Source: an uncultured Chloroflexia bacterium (GTDB taxonomy: Bacteria > Chloroflexota > Limnocylindria > QHBO01). From it: a stretch of DNA of 64,000 nucleotides. The notes under the pieces were generated by a model, which was given only the letters and a program-made list of their open reading frames with translations, did no database searches and was not told the origin of the DNA. The stretch covers positions 94,094 through 158,093 of the forward strand of contig CAWIXR010000005.1 in assembly GCA_963840145.1 (NCBI GenBank). Reading direction: 5' to 3'. Made by a program: the position numbers and the translations under genes. Positions 18,823-29,654 of this stretch are shown in pieces; the first letter of the stretch is position 1; each line of letters starts with the position of its first letter.

Positions 18823-19470
18823 ATGCCGCTGAGCGGGCGGTATCGGGCCGTCATCTTCGACATGGACGGCCTGCTGCTCGACACCGAGACCCTGTGGCAC
18901 GCCGCCGAGGTCGAGCTCTTCGAGCGCCACGGCGGCGAGTTCACCTGGGACGACAAGATGGCGGTCATCGGCACGAGCTACGACTTCACCGCGGACTACT
19001 TCGCGGATCGGCTGGGCCGGCCCCGGTCCGAGGGCCCCGCGCTCGTCGAGGAGATGGTTGCCGGCATGCACGAGCGCGTGAAGCGCGCGGTCGAAGCCCG
19101 TCCGGGTGCTGTTGAGCTCGTCGAGCGCCTGCGCCAGACCGATGTCCGCATGGGACTCGCCTCGAACTCGCCGCGCGTCCTCGTCGACGACGCCCTGCGC
19201 TCCGCCGGCCTGGCCGATGCCTTCGAGGTGATCGTCACATCCGACGACGTCGCCCAGGCCAAGCCCGCGCCCGACATCTACCTGCTCGCCTGCTCGCGCC
19301 TGGGTGTCGCGCCCGCCGATGCGCTGGCGCTGGAGGACTCGCTGTCGGGCGTCACCGCCGCAAAGGCCGCCGGGCTGACGGTGATCGGCGTCCCGCAGTT
19401 CGCCGAGACCGACGTCTCCGCCGCCGACCGCGTCGTCGACTCGCTGGAGGAGCTGTTGGGCGCGCCGTGA
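18823..19470 (+). CDS. HAD-IA family hydrolase (beta-phosphoglucomutase-like)
   Basis: DMDGLLLDTE motif I and a downstream K...D motif. Confidence 0.75.
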   Translation: MPLSGRYRAVIFDMDGLLLDTETLWHAAEVELFERHGGEFTWDDKMAVIGTSYDFTADYFADRLGRPRSEGPALVEEMVAGMHERVKRAVEARPGAVELVERLRQTDVRMGLASNSPRVLVDDALRSAGLADAFEVIVTSDDVAQAKPAPDIYLLACSRLGVAPADALALEDSLSGVTAAKAAGLTVIGVPQFAETDVSAADRVVDSLEELLGAP

Positions 19471-19583
19471 GGCGCGCGTGGCGGCTGTCAGGACCTCTGC
19501 GTGACAATGTGCAGCACGACGACACGATTTCACGCGGATCCGCAACAGTCGCGGGCGCGATTCAAGCGGTCTATCCTCCACCC

Positions 19584-19808
19584 ATGTGCCGAAGCATCAA
19601 GACGCTGCGCACGGGTGCGGTCCCGGCCAGCGATGACGAGATCAGCGCCGCCGCCCTCCAGTTCGTGCGGAAGGTGAGCGGCTACCGCAAGCCATCGGCT
19701 GCGAATGAGCATGCCTTCGACGAGGCCGTGGCCGAGGTTGCCGCGGCGTCGAAGCGGCTGCTGGAGGCGGTCGCCGCCACACACCCCCACTCGCACCGCG
19801 CCGCCTGA
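19584..19808 (+). CDS. DUF2277-like small protein
   Basis: MCRSIKTLR N-terminus typical of the family. Confidence 0.5.
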   Translation: MCRSIKTLRTGAVPASDDEISAAALQFVRKVSGYRKPSAANEHAFDEAVAEVAAASKRLLEAVAATHPHSHRAA

Positions 19809-19817
19809 CCGATAGCG

Positions 19818-20408
19818 ATGGCGTTCAGCGTCTCGCAGACCGTCGAGCTCGCCCGCTGGTGGTGGACCTTCATCCTGCGCGGGGTGCTGGCGATCGCGTT
19901 CGGTGTGCTCGCATTCCTCGCGCCGGCGTGGGGCCTCGCCATCCTCGTGGCGCTCTTCGGCGCGTGGGCGTTGATCGACGGCATCACGAGCATCTGGACA
20001 GGGGTCCGCACGCGCGGCACCGATCGGAACTGGTGGCTGGAGATCCTCGAGGGCGTCGTCTCGATCCTGGCCGGCCTCATCGCCCTCGTCCTCCCGGGCC
20101 TGGCGGCCGATGTGCTGGTCCTGCTCATCGCCGCCTGGGCGATCGTGACCGGCGCGATCCAGATCTGGAACGCGATCCGCCTCCGCGATCGGATCCAGGG
20201 CGAGTTCTGGCTCGGCCTCGCGGGCGTGGCCTCCATCCTGTTCGGCGTCATCCTTTTCGCCTTCCCGGCCGCGGGCGCTCTGTCGGTGGTGTGGCTGATC
20301 GGCTCCGGCGCGATCGCCATCGGCATCTTCCTGATCATCCTCGGCTGGCGCCTGCGCGGCATCCACGAGCTCGGCAAGCTCGACGCAGCCCGCGATTACA
20401 GCCGTTGA
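19818..20408 (+). CDS. HdeD/DUF308 family membrane protein
   Basis: 6-TM protein with the repeated G..A...G motif. Confidence 0.65.
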   Translation: MAFSVSQTVELARWWWTFILRGVLAIAFGVLAFLAPAWGLAILVALFGAWALIDGITSIWTGVRTRGTDRNWWLEILEGVVSILAGLIALVLPGLAADVLVLLIAAWAIVTGAIQIWNAIRLRDRIQGEFWLGLAGVASILFGVILFAFPAAGALSVVWLIGSGAIAIGIFLIILGWRLRGIHELGKLDAARDYSR

Positions 20409-20474
20409 GGCAAGCCAGACTGGCCGTGCGACCGATGAAGACCCGTTCCTCGGTCGTGTGAACGGCCAGGAGCG

Positions 20475-21260
20475 TCAGCGCTCGCGGCCGCGGAGGCGGG
20501 TGATGAGCACTGTCAGCGCCACGGTGCCGAGCATCAGCAGCACGGCCCCGGCGATCAGCACCGGCAGCCGCTGCGCGAATCGCAGCTGCCCGTAGAGGAA
20601 GACCGGGAAGGTCGGGTCGCCCCCGACGAGGAAGATGGCCAGCGCGATCTCGTCGAAGCTGACGATGAAGCAGGTCAGCCACGCGGCGAGCAGGGTCGGC
20701 CCGATCAGCGGCAGGACGACCCGCCGCAGCGCGACCGGATAGCTCGCTCCGAGGTCCATCGCGACGTCCTCGAGGGCCGGGTCGAGGCCGGAGACCCGCG
20801 CCAGCAGGATGAGCGTGGCAAATGGAACCGCGATGACCGTGTGGCCGATCATCACCGTCAGCAGCGAGCGCGGAACGTCCACCGTCACGAACAGCAGGAA
20901 GAAGGCGACGCCGAGGACGACGTACGGGACCAGCAGCGGCAGCCCTGCCATCGCCAGCAGCACCCGCCGGCCGCGGAAGCGGAAGCGCAGCACCGCCAGC
21001 GCGACGAGAGCGCCGATCGCGGTGGCCAGGGTCGCGCTGCCGATGGCCACCAGCAACGAGTTGCGCGCCGCCGCGAGCATCGGTCCGTTGCCGATCACCG
21101 ACGCGTACCACTCGGTGGTGAAGCCGCTCAGCGGGAATGAGAGGGTCGTCGCGGCGTTGAACGAGAAGACGAAGAGCAGGCCGATCGGCAGGTACAGCAG
21201 GACGAGCATGGCGGCGTAGAAGCCGCGCAACGGCACCCGCGTGCGACCGATGCCGATCAC
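20475..21260 (-). CDS. ABC transporter permease (PotC-like)
   Basis: GTGA-overlapped start with the upstream permease. EAA loop region present. Confidence 0.75.
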   Translation of the reverse strand: MIGIGRTRVPLRGFYAAMLVLLYLPIGLLFVFSFNAATTLSFPLSGFTTEWYASVIGNGPMLAAARNSLLVAIGSATLATAIGALVALAVLRFRFRGRRVLLAMAGLPLLVPYVVLGVAFFLLFVTVDVPRSLLTVMIGHTVIAVPFATLILLARVSGLDPALEDVAMDLGASYPVALRRVVLPLIGPTLLAAWLTCFIVSFDEIALAIFLVGGDPTFPVFLYGQLRFAQRLPVLIAGAVLLMLGTVALTVLITRLRGRER

Positions 21261-22117
21261 GCCGCCACCCGCCGCAGGTCGATGATCCGCAGCGCGATCG
21301 CCACGACCACCAGGGTGAGGACGAGCATGATCATCGCCATCGCCGAGCCCATCGGCCAGTTCGCCGAGCGGGTGAAGAAGCCGTAGATGATGTTGCCGTA
21401 CATGATCCCGTCGGTCCCGCCGACGAGCTCGGGGGTGACGTATTCGCCGACGGTCGGGATGAAGACCATGAAGAACGTCGCCAGCGCGCCGGGCAGGCTC
21501 AACGGAACCGTCACGCGCCAGAATCGAGACCACGGGCCCGCGCCGAGGTCGGCCGCGGCCTCGAGGTGGTGGCGCTCGATCCGCTGCATCGCCGCGTAGA
21601 TCGGCAGCGCCGCGAACGGGATCCAGATGTAGACGAGGGTCACGATCACCGCCGGCCGGCTGTAGAGCAGCAGCTGGAGCGGCTCGTCGGTGAGGCCGAT
21701 CGCCGCGAGCAGGGAGTTGATCCCGCCTTCCGGGCCGAGCATCAGCTTCCAGGCCATCACGCGCAGCAGGTAGCTGACCGCGAACGGGATCAGGAGCAGG
21801 GTCAGGAACAGGGGAGCGCGCGAGCCGGCTCGGAACGTGAGGAAGTACGCCACCGGGTAGGCCAGCACGGTGGCCAGCCCGGCGATGATCGCGGCGGTCA
21901 GGACGGAGAGCCCGAGCAGCCGCATGAACGCGGGCGTGCCGAGCACCTCCGCGTACTGCGCGGTCGTCGGATTCCAGCCGTCGGAGGGACCGAGCGCGCC
22001 CGAGCCCTCGCGGAAGCTGAACGCCGCGATCAGCAGCAGCGGGACGAGGAAGAACGCCGCGAGCACGACGAACGGCGGCCCCGCGACGAACTTCAGGAGC
22101 CCTCGCCGCCCGAGCAC
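21257..22117 (-). CDS. ABC transporter permease (PotB-like)
   Basis: 286 aa, 6 TMS, with a spermidine/putrescine permease signature. Confidence 0.8.
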   Translation of the reverse strand: MLGRRGLLKFVAGPPFVVLAAFFLVPLLLIAAFSFREGSGALGPSDGWNPTTAQYAEVLGTPAFMRLLGLSVLTAAIIAGLATVLAYPVAYFLTFRAGSRAPLFLTLLLIPFAVSYLLRVMAWKLMLGPEGGINSLLAAIGLTDEPLQLLLYSRPAVIVTLVYIWIPFAALPIYAAMQRIERHHLEAAADLGAGPWSRFWRVTVPLSLPGALATFFMVFIPTVGEYVTPELVGGTDGIMYGNIIYGFFTRSANWPMGSAMAMIMLVLTLVVVAIALRIIDLRRVAA

Positions 22118-22148
22118 TACGCTCGTCCCTGGAAGGCGAGCCGGTCCG

Positions 22149-23210
22149 CTACTCCGCCTGCACGCGCTCCCACATCGCCGTCCACGCCGCGCGCTGCTCC
22201 TCGGTGACCAACGGGGTGAAGTTCGTCGACGCCAGGATGCTCGGATCGTCGAGGCCGAACGCCTCGATCAGCACCGGATCCTCGATCGCCTCCATCACCT
22301 CGGCGTTGGCGCAGCCGTAGTAGAAGAGCGTGACCGCGTTGCCGCAGGAGAGCTCCGCGAGCTTGAGATCGAGGAACTCGAGCGCGAGGTCGTAGCTGTC
22401 CGTATCGGCGTTGATGCCGTACAGCCCGACCCACGAGTTGCGCCCCTCCTCCGGGGTGGCGTAGGCGACCGGATCGCCGGCGGCCAGCGCGGTGGCGTAG
22501 CAGCCCTGCCAGGCATACGCGATCCAGACGGTCCCGTCCTGGACGGCCGGGCAGAGGTCCTCGTACTCGCTGGACCAGTAGAAGACGTTGAGTGGCTTCT
22601 GCGCGATCCACTCCGCCTCGATCGCGGCGAGCTGCTCCTCGGTGATCGCGGTCTCATCGTAGCCGTGGATATAGGACGAGACGGTGACGGCGCCGGGGCC
22701 GTCGTTCCACATCGAGACGTGGCCGGCGTACTCGGGGTTGAAGAGCGCGTCCCAGCTCGTGACTTCGGAGACCATCTCGGTGTTGTAGAGGATCGAGGTG
22801 AAGCCCCAGTCCCACGGGACGAAGTACTGCTTGCCGTCGATCTGGCCGAGGGCCTTGAAGTCGTCAGGGACCTTGTCCCAGTTCGTGAGCTTGCTCGTGT
22901 CGATCTCGCGGACGAGGCCCTCGTCGACGTAGAACTTCTGCCAGCCGGTGTAGAAATGGAAGATATCGGCCTGGCTGCCGCCCTGCATCAGGGCCAGGAT
23001 GTTCGCGTCGGTGTCGCCGAACTCGAAGGTCACCTCGGTCTCGGGGTTGGCCTCCGCGAAGTCGGCCCAGAAGTCCTCTGCCTCGTAGCCGCTCCACTCG
23101 AGGACGAGGAGCGAGTTCGGGGCACCTCCCAACGCACACGACGAGAGCACGAAGAGCCCGATGACGGCCGCGGTCGCGGCCTTGCGAGCAGGGTGGAACC
23201 GGTCACGCAC
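22149..23210 (-). CDS. polyamine-type ABC transporter substrate-binding lipoprotein (PotD/PotF-like)
   Basis: Signal peptide with an LSSC lipobox. PotD fold motifs. Confidence 0.75.
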   Translation of the reverse strand: MRDRFHPARKAATAAVIGLFVLSSCALGGAPNSLLVLEWSGYEAEDFWADFAEANPETEVTFEFGDTDANILALMQGGSQADIFHFYTGWQKFYVDEGLVREIDTSKLTNWDKVPDDFKALGQIDGKQYFVPWDWGFTSILYNTEMVSEVTSWDALFNPEYAGHVSMWNDGPGAVTVSSYIHGYDETAITEEQLAAIEAEWIAQKPLNVFYWSSEYEDLCPAVQDGTVWIAYAWQGCYATALAAGDPVAYATPEEGRNSWVGLYGINADTDSYDLALEFLDLKLAELSCGNAVTLFYYGCANAEVMEAIEDPVLIEAFGLDDPSILASTNFTPLVTEEQRAAWTAMWERVQAE

Positions 23211-23307
23211 GGCTGATCACCTCCGATGACCCCCCACGCGCCGAAAGCCGGGCGCTGCAATCGACGGATCCTACGTCCGCTCACGTCGGCCGGTCAACGA
23301 ATTTCGC

Positions 23308-24738
23308 CTAATGACCGATGCGGTAGCCGAGCAGCCTCGGCAGCTGCGCGGCGAGCCTGAGGTACCAGGCCGGCCGCCGGCCGGCGTCGAGCGCGTCGTC
23401 CTTGCGGATCAGCGCCTCGCGCACGATGCGGGCGCCAACGAACCGGATCGGCTCCGGCGGCAGCAGCGGCTGGCGGCGGCCGACGATCGGCATCTGGGCG
23501 ACCGGGTCGTCGGCGCCGGTCGCCAGGGCGGCGAGGATCCGTCCGGCCAGCCGCGAGGGACCCGCGCCGTTGCCGGCGAATCCGTGGGCGAAGTGAACGC
23601 GACCGTCGTGGCTCGACGCGATCTCGGGGAAGCGGTGGCCGGTGATGTCGATCGGCCCGCCCCAGGCGTCGTCGAGGCGGACGTCGCGGAGCATCGGGAA
23701 GAGGTGGTGGAAGTTGGTGGCGACGCGGGCGACCGCGCGGCGGTCATCGGTGAAGGTGGCGCCCATGCGGCCACCGTATCCGGCCGCGCCGACGCCCCCG
23801 CCGAAGGCGATTCGCCCGTCGCGCGTGGTGCGGACGTAGCTGATCGTGAAGCGCGAGTCGCTGAGGACCTCGCCGCCTGTCCAGCCGAGGTCGGCGAGGC
23901 GGTCGGGGATCGGCTCGGTGACGATCATGTAGCTGCCCCAGGCCAGGACGCGGCTGCGCAGGCCGGGCCAGCCGCTGGCCCAGGCGTTGATGGCGAGGAT
24001 TGCCTGGTCGGCGGTGACGCTTCCACCCTTGGTGCGCAGCCGCAGGCGTCCGTCCGCGTCCAGCCTCTCGACGCGGGTGCCCTCGAGGATCCGCACGCCG
24101 CGCTCGAGCAGGACGCGTCGCAGGCCGCGCGCGAGCAGCGCAGGCTGGACCGATGCCGCGCTCGGCATCAGCAGCCCCTCCCGGAAGGCCGGCGAGGCGC
24201 AGGTGCGCTGGACCGCGTCGGGCGCGACGGGTTGGAGCTGGTCGCCTTCACCGGCGGCGCGGAGGTGCTCGACGGCCTCGTCCCAGTCGTGCGGCTCGTT
24301 CGGGAAGGCGTTGATTCGCAGGTAGCCGGCTTTGACGAAGTGCGCGTCGACTCCATGGTCGGCGCACCACCCACCGATGCCGTCGACGACCTCATCGGCC
24401 TCGCGGGCGATCTGTGCCGCGGCGTCCCCGCCGAACCGATCGGTCAGGTAGCCGAGGCTCTCCCACCAGCCGTGGACGAAGCCGCCGTTGCGTCCGGAGG
24501 GCCCGCCGCCGCAGATGTCCTGCTCGAGGAGGACGATCCGCGCGTCGGGATTCCGCTTACCCAGGAAGTACGCGGTCCACATGCCGGTGTAGCCGCCGCC
24601 GACGATCGCGACGTCGGCATCGGTGTCGGATGCCAGCGCCGGGGCCGGTGGCGGATTGCCCTCGGCGGCCAGCGCCTCGCGCAGCCACCAGCTGCGCTGC
24701 CGGCCCGGGATCGGCAGGTTGGCGAGCGGCGGCCTCAA
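23308..24738 (-). CDS. FAD-dependent oxidoreductase, gamma-glutamylputrescine oxidase (PuuB)-like
   Basis: VAIVGGGYTGMWTA dinucleotide-binding motif. The start is probably a TTG at 24738 overlapping the upstream stop. The N-terminal part of the drawn 648-aa ORF is spurious. Confidence 0.65.
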   Translation of the reverse strand: MRPPLANLPIPGRQRSWWLREALAAEGNPPPAPALASDTDADVAIVGGGYTGMWTAYFLGKRNPDARIVLLEQDICGGGPSGRNGGFVHGWWESLGYLTDRFGGDAAAQIAREADEVVDGIGGWCADHGVDAHFVKAGYLRINAFPNEPHDWDEAVEHLRAAGEGDQLQPVAPDAVQRTCASPAFREGLLMPSAASVQPALLARGLRRVLLERGVRILEGTRVERLDADGRLRLRTKGGSVTADQAILAINAWASGWPGLRSRVLAWGSYMIVTEPIPDRLADLGWTGGEVLSDSRFTISYVRTTRDGRIAFGGGVGAAGYGGRMGATFTDDRRAVARVATNFHHLFPMLRDVRLDDAWGGPIDITGHRFPEIASSHDGRVHFAHGFAGNGAGPSRLAGRILAALATGADDPVAQMPIVGRRQPLLPPEPIRFVGARIVREALIRKDDALDAGRRPAWYLRLAAQLPRLLGYRIGH

Positions 24739-25199
24739 GGGCTCGTGAAGGACGGCTTCACCACCATGAGCACGATGATCGCGACGACGAGGACCGCGAG
24801 GAGGATGCCGAACACCCTTCCACGCGCCCCGAGGGCCTTGAACTCGGCCGACTCCGCGCCCCCGCCCTCGTAGGCGGCGATCTGGCGCTTCAGCGTCGGC
24901 GAGTAGAAGAGGATCGCCACCGCGCCCATGACCAGGTAGAGGCCGATGGCGACGGCGATCCAGAAGGTCGTGAACTCGTACGGGCCGATGAGGACGAGGA
25001 TGATCCCGACCACGAGCAGCCCGGCGTACGACGTGTTTGCGACGCGGTCGTCGAGGAACTTGATCCCGCGCAGCGCGAAGCCGGTGTGCTCGGGCGTGGC
25101 CGATGCCCGCGCCTGCCAGATGCCGTAGCTGATGTTCAGGCCGACGGCCACGATCGCGAACAGGATGTGCAGCGTCTTGAACCAGGGATAGAGGTCCAT
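24735..25199 (-). CDS. DUF2269-like integral membrane protein
   Basis: 154 aa, 4 TMS. Confidence 0.55.
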   Translation of the reverse strand: MDLYPWFKTLHILFAIVAVGLNISYGIWQARASATPEHTGFALRGIKFLDDRVANTSYAGLLVVGIILVLIGPYEFTTFWIAVAIGLYLVMGAVAILFYSPTLKRQIAAYEGGGAESAEFKALGARGRVFGILLAVLVVAIIVLMVVKPSFTSP

Positions 25200-25269
25200 C
25201 GCGGGTCTCCTTGCGCGCCCCTCTCGCTGTGGCCGATGGTACGACCGTCGGCAACTCGCGCTAGCATCG

Positions 25270-26483
<1,214 letters not shown>

Positions 26484-26484
<1 letters not shown>

Positions 26485-27110
26485 TGACCGACAAGCGATG
26501 GATCAGTGTCGTGGCCACGGGCGAGGCGTCGGTGGCGCCGGACCTCGCGGTCGTGTCGTTCGCCGTGAGCGGCAGCGGGAAGCAGCTGGCGCCGACGCGC
26601 GACGACGTGAATGCGCGGTCGTCATCGGTCCTGGCGAAGCTTCGCGAGCTGGGCGTGGCCGATGGTGACCTGAACGCCCCCGACGTCGGCATCCACCCGG
26701 AGTACGACTACCGAAAGGGGCAGCGGCTGACCGGCTACCGCGTCGAGCGCCAGATGACGGCGAAGGTCCGCGACCTCGATGCGCTGGGTGACGTGCTCGA
26801 CGGGCTGGTGGCAGCAGGCGCGAACGAGGTGCACGGGACGCAGATGAGCGCGGCCGATCCGTCGGCGGCCGAGCACGAGGCGCTGCGCGCGGCGATCACC
26901 GCGGCGAAGGCCAAGGCCGAGGCGCTGGCCGATGCGGGCGGCGTGACGCTCGGTGGGCTCGCGCGGGTCGAAGAGGAGCCTTCGCACGGGCCGCCGATGC
27001 CGCGGATGCGGATGATGGCCGCGATGGAGTCCGCCGACGTGCCGACCGAGGTGGCGGCCGGCGACCTGACGGTGACCCGCCAGATCCGCGCCTGGTTCGA
27101 CATCGCGTAG
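26484..27110 (+). CDS. SIMPL (DUF541) domain protein
   Basis: Overlapped TGATG start. Family-typical AxGEAS...P motif and length. Confidence 0.6.
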
Positions 27111-27119
27111 CGTCCGGGT

Positions 27120-28109
27120 TCAGCCCAGGCGCAGCTTGGGGAGCACCTCGGTGCCGAACGTGTCGATGAATGCCGCCTGGTCGCGCCCGACATTGTGCAG
27201 GTAGATCTCGTCGAAGCCCATGTCCACGAAGCGCTGGATCTGGGCAGTGTGCTCGTCGAGGTCGGGGCTGATGAGCATCCGGTTGGCGAAGTTCTCGATG
27301 CGCACGAGCTTCGCCATGTTCTCGAAATCCTCGGGATTCTTGATGTCCTGCTTCGGGAACGGCATGCCGCCGTTCGGCCACTCCTTGAGCGCGTTCTGCT
27401 CGGCCTCCTCCTGCGTCGGCGCCCAGCTGATGTGGATCTGGAGCTGGGTCTTCATCGCCTCGGCGTCCTTGCCGGCCTCGGCGGCGCCCTCGCGAAACTT
27501 GTCCCACAGCATCGCGATCTTCTCGTCGGCCGCGCCGACGGTGATGATCCCGTCCGCGTATCGGCCGGTGCGCTTCGCGTTTACCGGTCCCGCGGTCGCG
27601 ACATAGATCGGGATCTTCTCGTCGGGAAGGGTGTAGAGGCGCGCGGACTCGAGGGTGAAGTAGTCGCCGTCGTGCTTGACGACCTTGCCGCTGAACAGCT
27701 TGTTGATGACCTCGATGGCCTCGAACATCATCGCGCTGCGGATGCCGACCTCCGGCCACTCGCCGCCGATGACGTGCTCGTTCAGCGCCTCGCCTGCGCC
27801 GAGCCCCAGCCAGAAGCGGCCGGGGTACATGGCTCCGAGCGTGGCGGCCGCGTGGGCAATCACCGCGGGGTGGTATCGGAAGCCCGGGCAGGTGACCGCC
27901 GTGCCGAAGGGAAGCTTCGTGCGCTGGCCGAGCGCGCCCATGAAGCTCCACGCGAAGGCCGATTGGCCCTGCTGCGGCGTCCACGGATGGAAGTGCTCGC
28001 TGACCTGGAATCCGGCGTCGAAGCCGCTGGCCTCCGCCCGCTCGGCCCAGTCGAGAAGGTCGGTCGGGTGGAACTGCTCGAGCATGCAGGCGTAGCCGAT
28101 CGTCGTCAT
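27120..28109 (-). CDS. F420-dependent LLM-class oxidoreductase, glucose-6-phosphate dehydrogenase (Fgd)-like
   Basis: Collinear similarity to FGD1 (VSEHFHPW, GTAVTCP.FRYHPAVIAHAAATLG, GLGAGEALNE). ATGA overlap with marR. Confidence 0.75.
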   Translation of the reverse strand: MTTIGYACMLEQFHPTDLLDWAERAEASGFDAGFQVSEHFHPWTPQQGQSAFAWSFMGALGQRTKLPFGTAVTCPGFRYHPAVIAHAAATLGAMYPGRFWLGLGAGEALNEHVIGGEWPEVGIRSAMMFEAIEVINKLFSGKVVKHDGDYFTLESARLYTLPDEKIPIYVATAGPVNAKRTGRYADGIITVGAADEKIAMLWDKFREGAAEAGKDAEAMKTQLQIHISWAPTQEEAEQNALKEWPNGGMPFPKQDIKNPEDFENMAKLVRIENFANRMLISPDLDEHTAQIQRFVDMGFDEIYLHNVGRDQAAFIDTFGTEVLPKLRLG

Positions 28110-28591
28110 GGCCGTAGCGTAGCCGCCTCGGCGGCGACCAGTTTCGCCAGCAGCCGGCGCAGCGTCGCGACCTCCGCATCGGTCAAGGTGGCGGTGGCCG
28201 CGCGGTTGACGCCGTCGGCAAGCGGAACCAGCTGATCTCGAAGCGTCGAGCCGCGCTCGGTGAGCGTGATGCGGCTGGCCCGCCGGTCGTTCGGGTCCGG
28301 AGCGCGGGTCACGAGGCCGTCGCGCTCCATGCGGTCGATCGTGCGCACCATCGTCGGCTGCTCGATCGCCACACGCCGGGCGAGCTGCGCCTGGGTCAGG
28401 CCATCGCTGCTCCAGAGGTGCAGCAGGACCGCCCACTGACCGATACCGACGTCGAACGTCCGAAGCTCGTCGGCAAGCTGCGCGGCGAGTGCCCGCGCCG
28501 CCCGGTTGACGAGGTAGCCGAGGCTCTCCTCGATGACGAACGTCCGCGGGCCGGGTGGCTCGCCGGTCGCGGCCTCGACGCGCCAGGTCAT
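28106..28591 (-). CDS. MarR family transcriptional regulator
   Basis: wHTH with QWAVLLHL...LTQAQLA...DRRASRITLTERG. Confidence 0.8.
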   Translation of the reverse strand: MTWRVEAATGEPPGPRTFVIEESLGYLVNRAARALAAQLADELRTFDVGIGQWAVLLHLWSSDGLTQAQLARRVAIEQPTMVRTIDRMERDGLVTRAPDPNDRRASRITLTERGSTLRDQLVPLADGVNRAATATLTDAEVATLRRLLAKLVAAEAATLRP

Positions 28592-29013
28592 CGGGCTGGT
28601 CGCTCGGGCGCGTAGATGTACCCGTCGATGTCGGCCGCTCGGAGGCCGGCGCGCTGGACGGCGTTGAAGGCCGCGAGCGCCTCCTCGACGCCGATCGCCT
28701 CCGGAGCGGCAACGTCGTACTCGACGCCACGCCAGCGGATGAGCCCGCCGCCGGCGGCGACGAGGTTGCGGTACCAGTGCGCTTCGCTGCCGAAGGCCAG
28801 CGCGAGGACGAAGCCGTCCTCGGTCCGGCGCGCGGCGACCGGCGTCTCGAACGTCCTGCCCGAGTGGCGCCCGGTGTGGCGGACGACCGAGAAGATCGGG
28901 TTCCAGCGCTTTCCGGCGAGCGGAAGCATCATGCCGGCGGTGGCACGGGCGGCACGGAGGAAGAATCCGCCCATGCGCGGCTTGCGGGTCTGGGAGAGCG
29001 GTGCGGTGGTCAT
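28588..29013 (-). CDS. deazaflavin(F420)-dependent nitroreductase family protein (DUF385)
   Basis: PNPOx-like split barrel with an AHWYRNL motif. Confidence 0.7.
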   Translation of the reverse strand: MTTAPLSQTRKPRMGGFFLRAARATAGMMLPLAGKRWNPIFSVVRHTGRHSGRTFETPVAARRTEDGFVLALAFGSEAHWYRNLVAAGGGLIRWRGVEYDVAAPEAIGVEEALAAFNAVQRAGLRAADIDGYIYAPERPAR

Positions 29014-29201
29014 CGGTTCTGGATGGTCCTTAGCATGCTACGGAGTTCTCATAGAAGGATAGCATGCTAAGTATCGGTGTCAACCCTGCCGGCGGCTCGG
29101 ACCGTGGGTGCACATCGGCCGCGCGACGGGATCGGTCCGGGCAGCTCGGTTGAGCATCGGATCAACCGATCGGTGGATGGGCGACGCATAATCCGCGGCT
29201 G

Positions 29202-29603
29202 ATGGCAGTCCGTCGGGCGGCGCTGGCCGCCACGCTCCTCCTTGCGGCATGCACGACACCGACCGGCGTCGCGGTCGACGAGTGCAACACGACCTGGACC
29301 GGGCTCGATCCGCAGATCGTGCGCGGCGGCTCCGGCGACCGCGAGAGCGTCCCGATCGCCTGCATGCGGCGCATCGACGAGCGGCGGATCAGCATCGGCT
29401 TCCAGATGCCGCCAGGCCCCGAGTGCTTCGAGCTGGCGGCCGTCGAGCTCGAGGAGTCGGCCGATGCCGCGGCGGTGACGTTGGTCGTGTCGCCGATCGG
29501 GGACGTCGGCGGCACCTGCCCGGCTGAGCCGGTGCGCACGGTGACGGAGGTCGACCTGCAGTCTCCGGTCGGCGATCGCACCCTGCTCGACGGAAGCCGG
29601 TAG
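29202..29603 (+). CDS. hypothetical lipoprotein
   Basis: Signal peptide with an LLAAC lipobox. Confidence 0.5.
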   Translation: MAVRRAALAATLLLAACTTPTGVAVDECNTTWTGLDPQIVRGGSGDRESVPIACMRRIDERRISIGFQMPPGPECFELAAVELEESADAAAVTLVVSPIGDVGGTCPAEPVRTVTEVDLQSPVGDRTLLDGSR

Positions 29604-29612
29604 CGCCCACGC

Positions 29613-29629
29613 GTATATACGTATATACG
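29613..29629. promoter_or_regulatory. GTATATACGTATATAC element, copy 3 of 3
   Basis: Tandem copy of the self-complementary 8-mer GTATATAC. It sits 26 nt before the aldH ATG. Confidence 0.4.
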
Positions 29630-29654
29630 CGGGCAACGACGCTACCATGCACCC

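Noticed and set aside
15415-19581. 1388-aa ORF on the minus strand spanning several plus-strand genes
   Set aside because: It is antisense to well-supported genes (GNAT, crotonase, HADH, HAD). Its translation is Arg/Ala/Gly-rich low-complexity typical of open antisense frames in 72% GC DNA.
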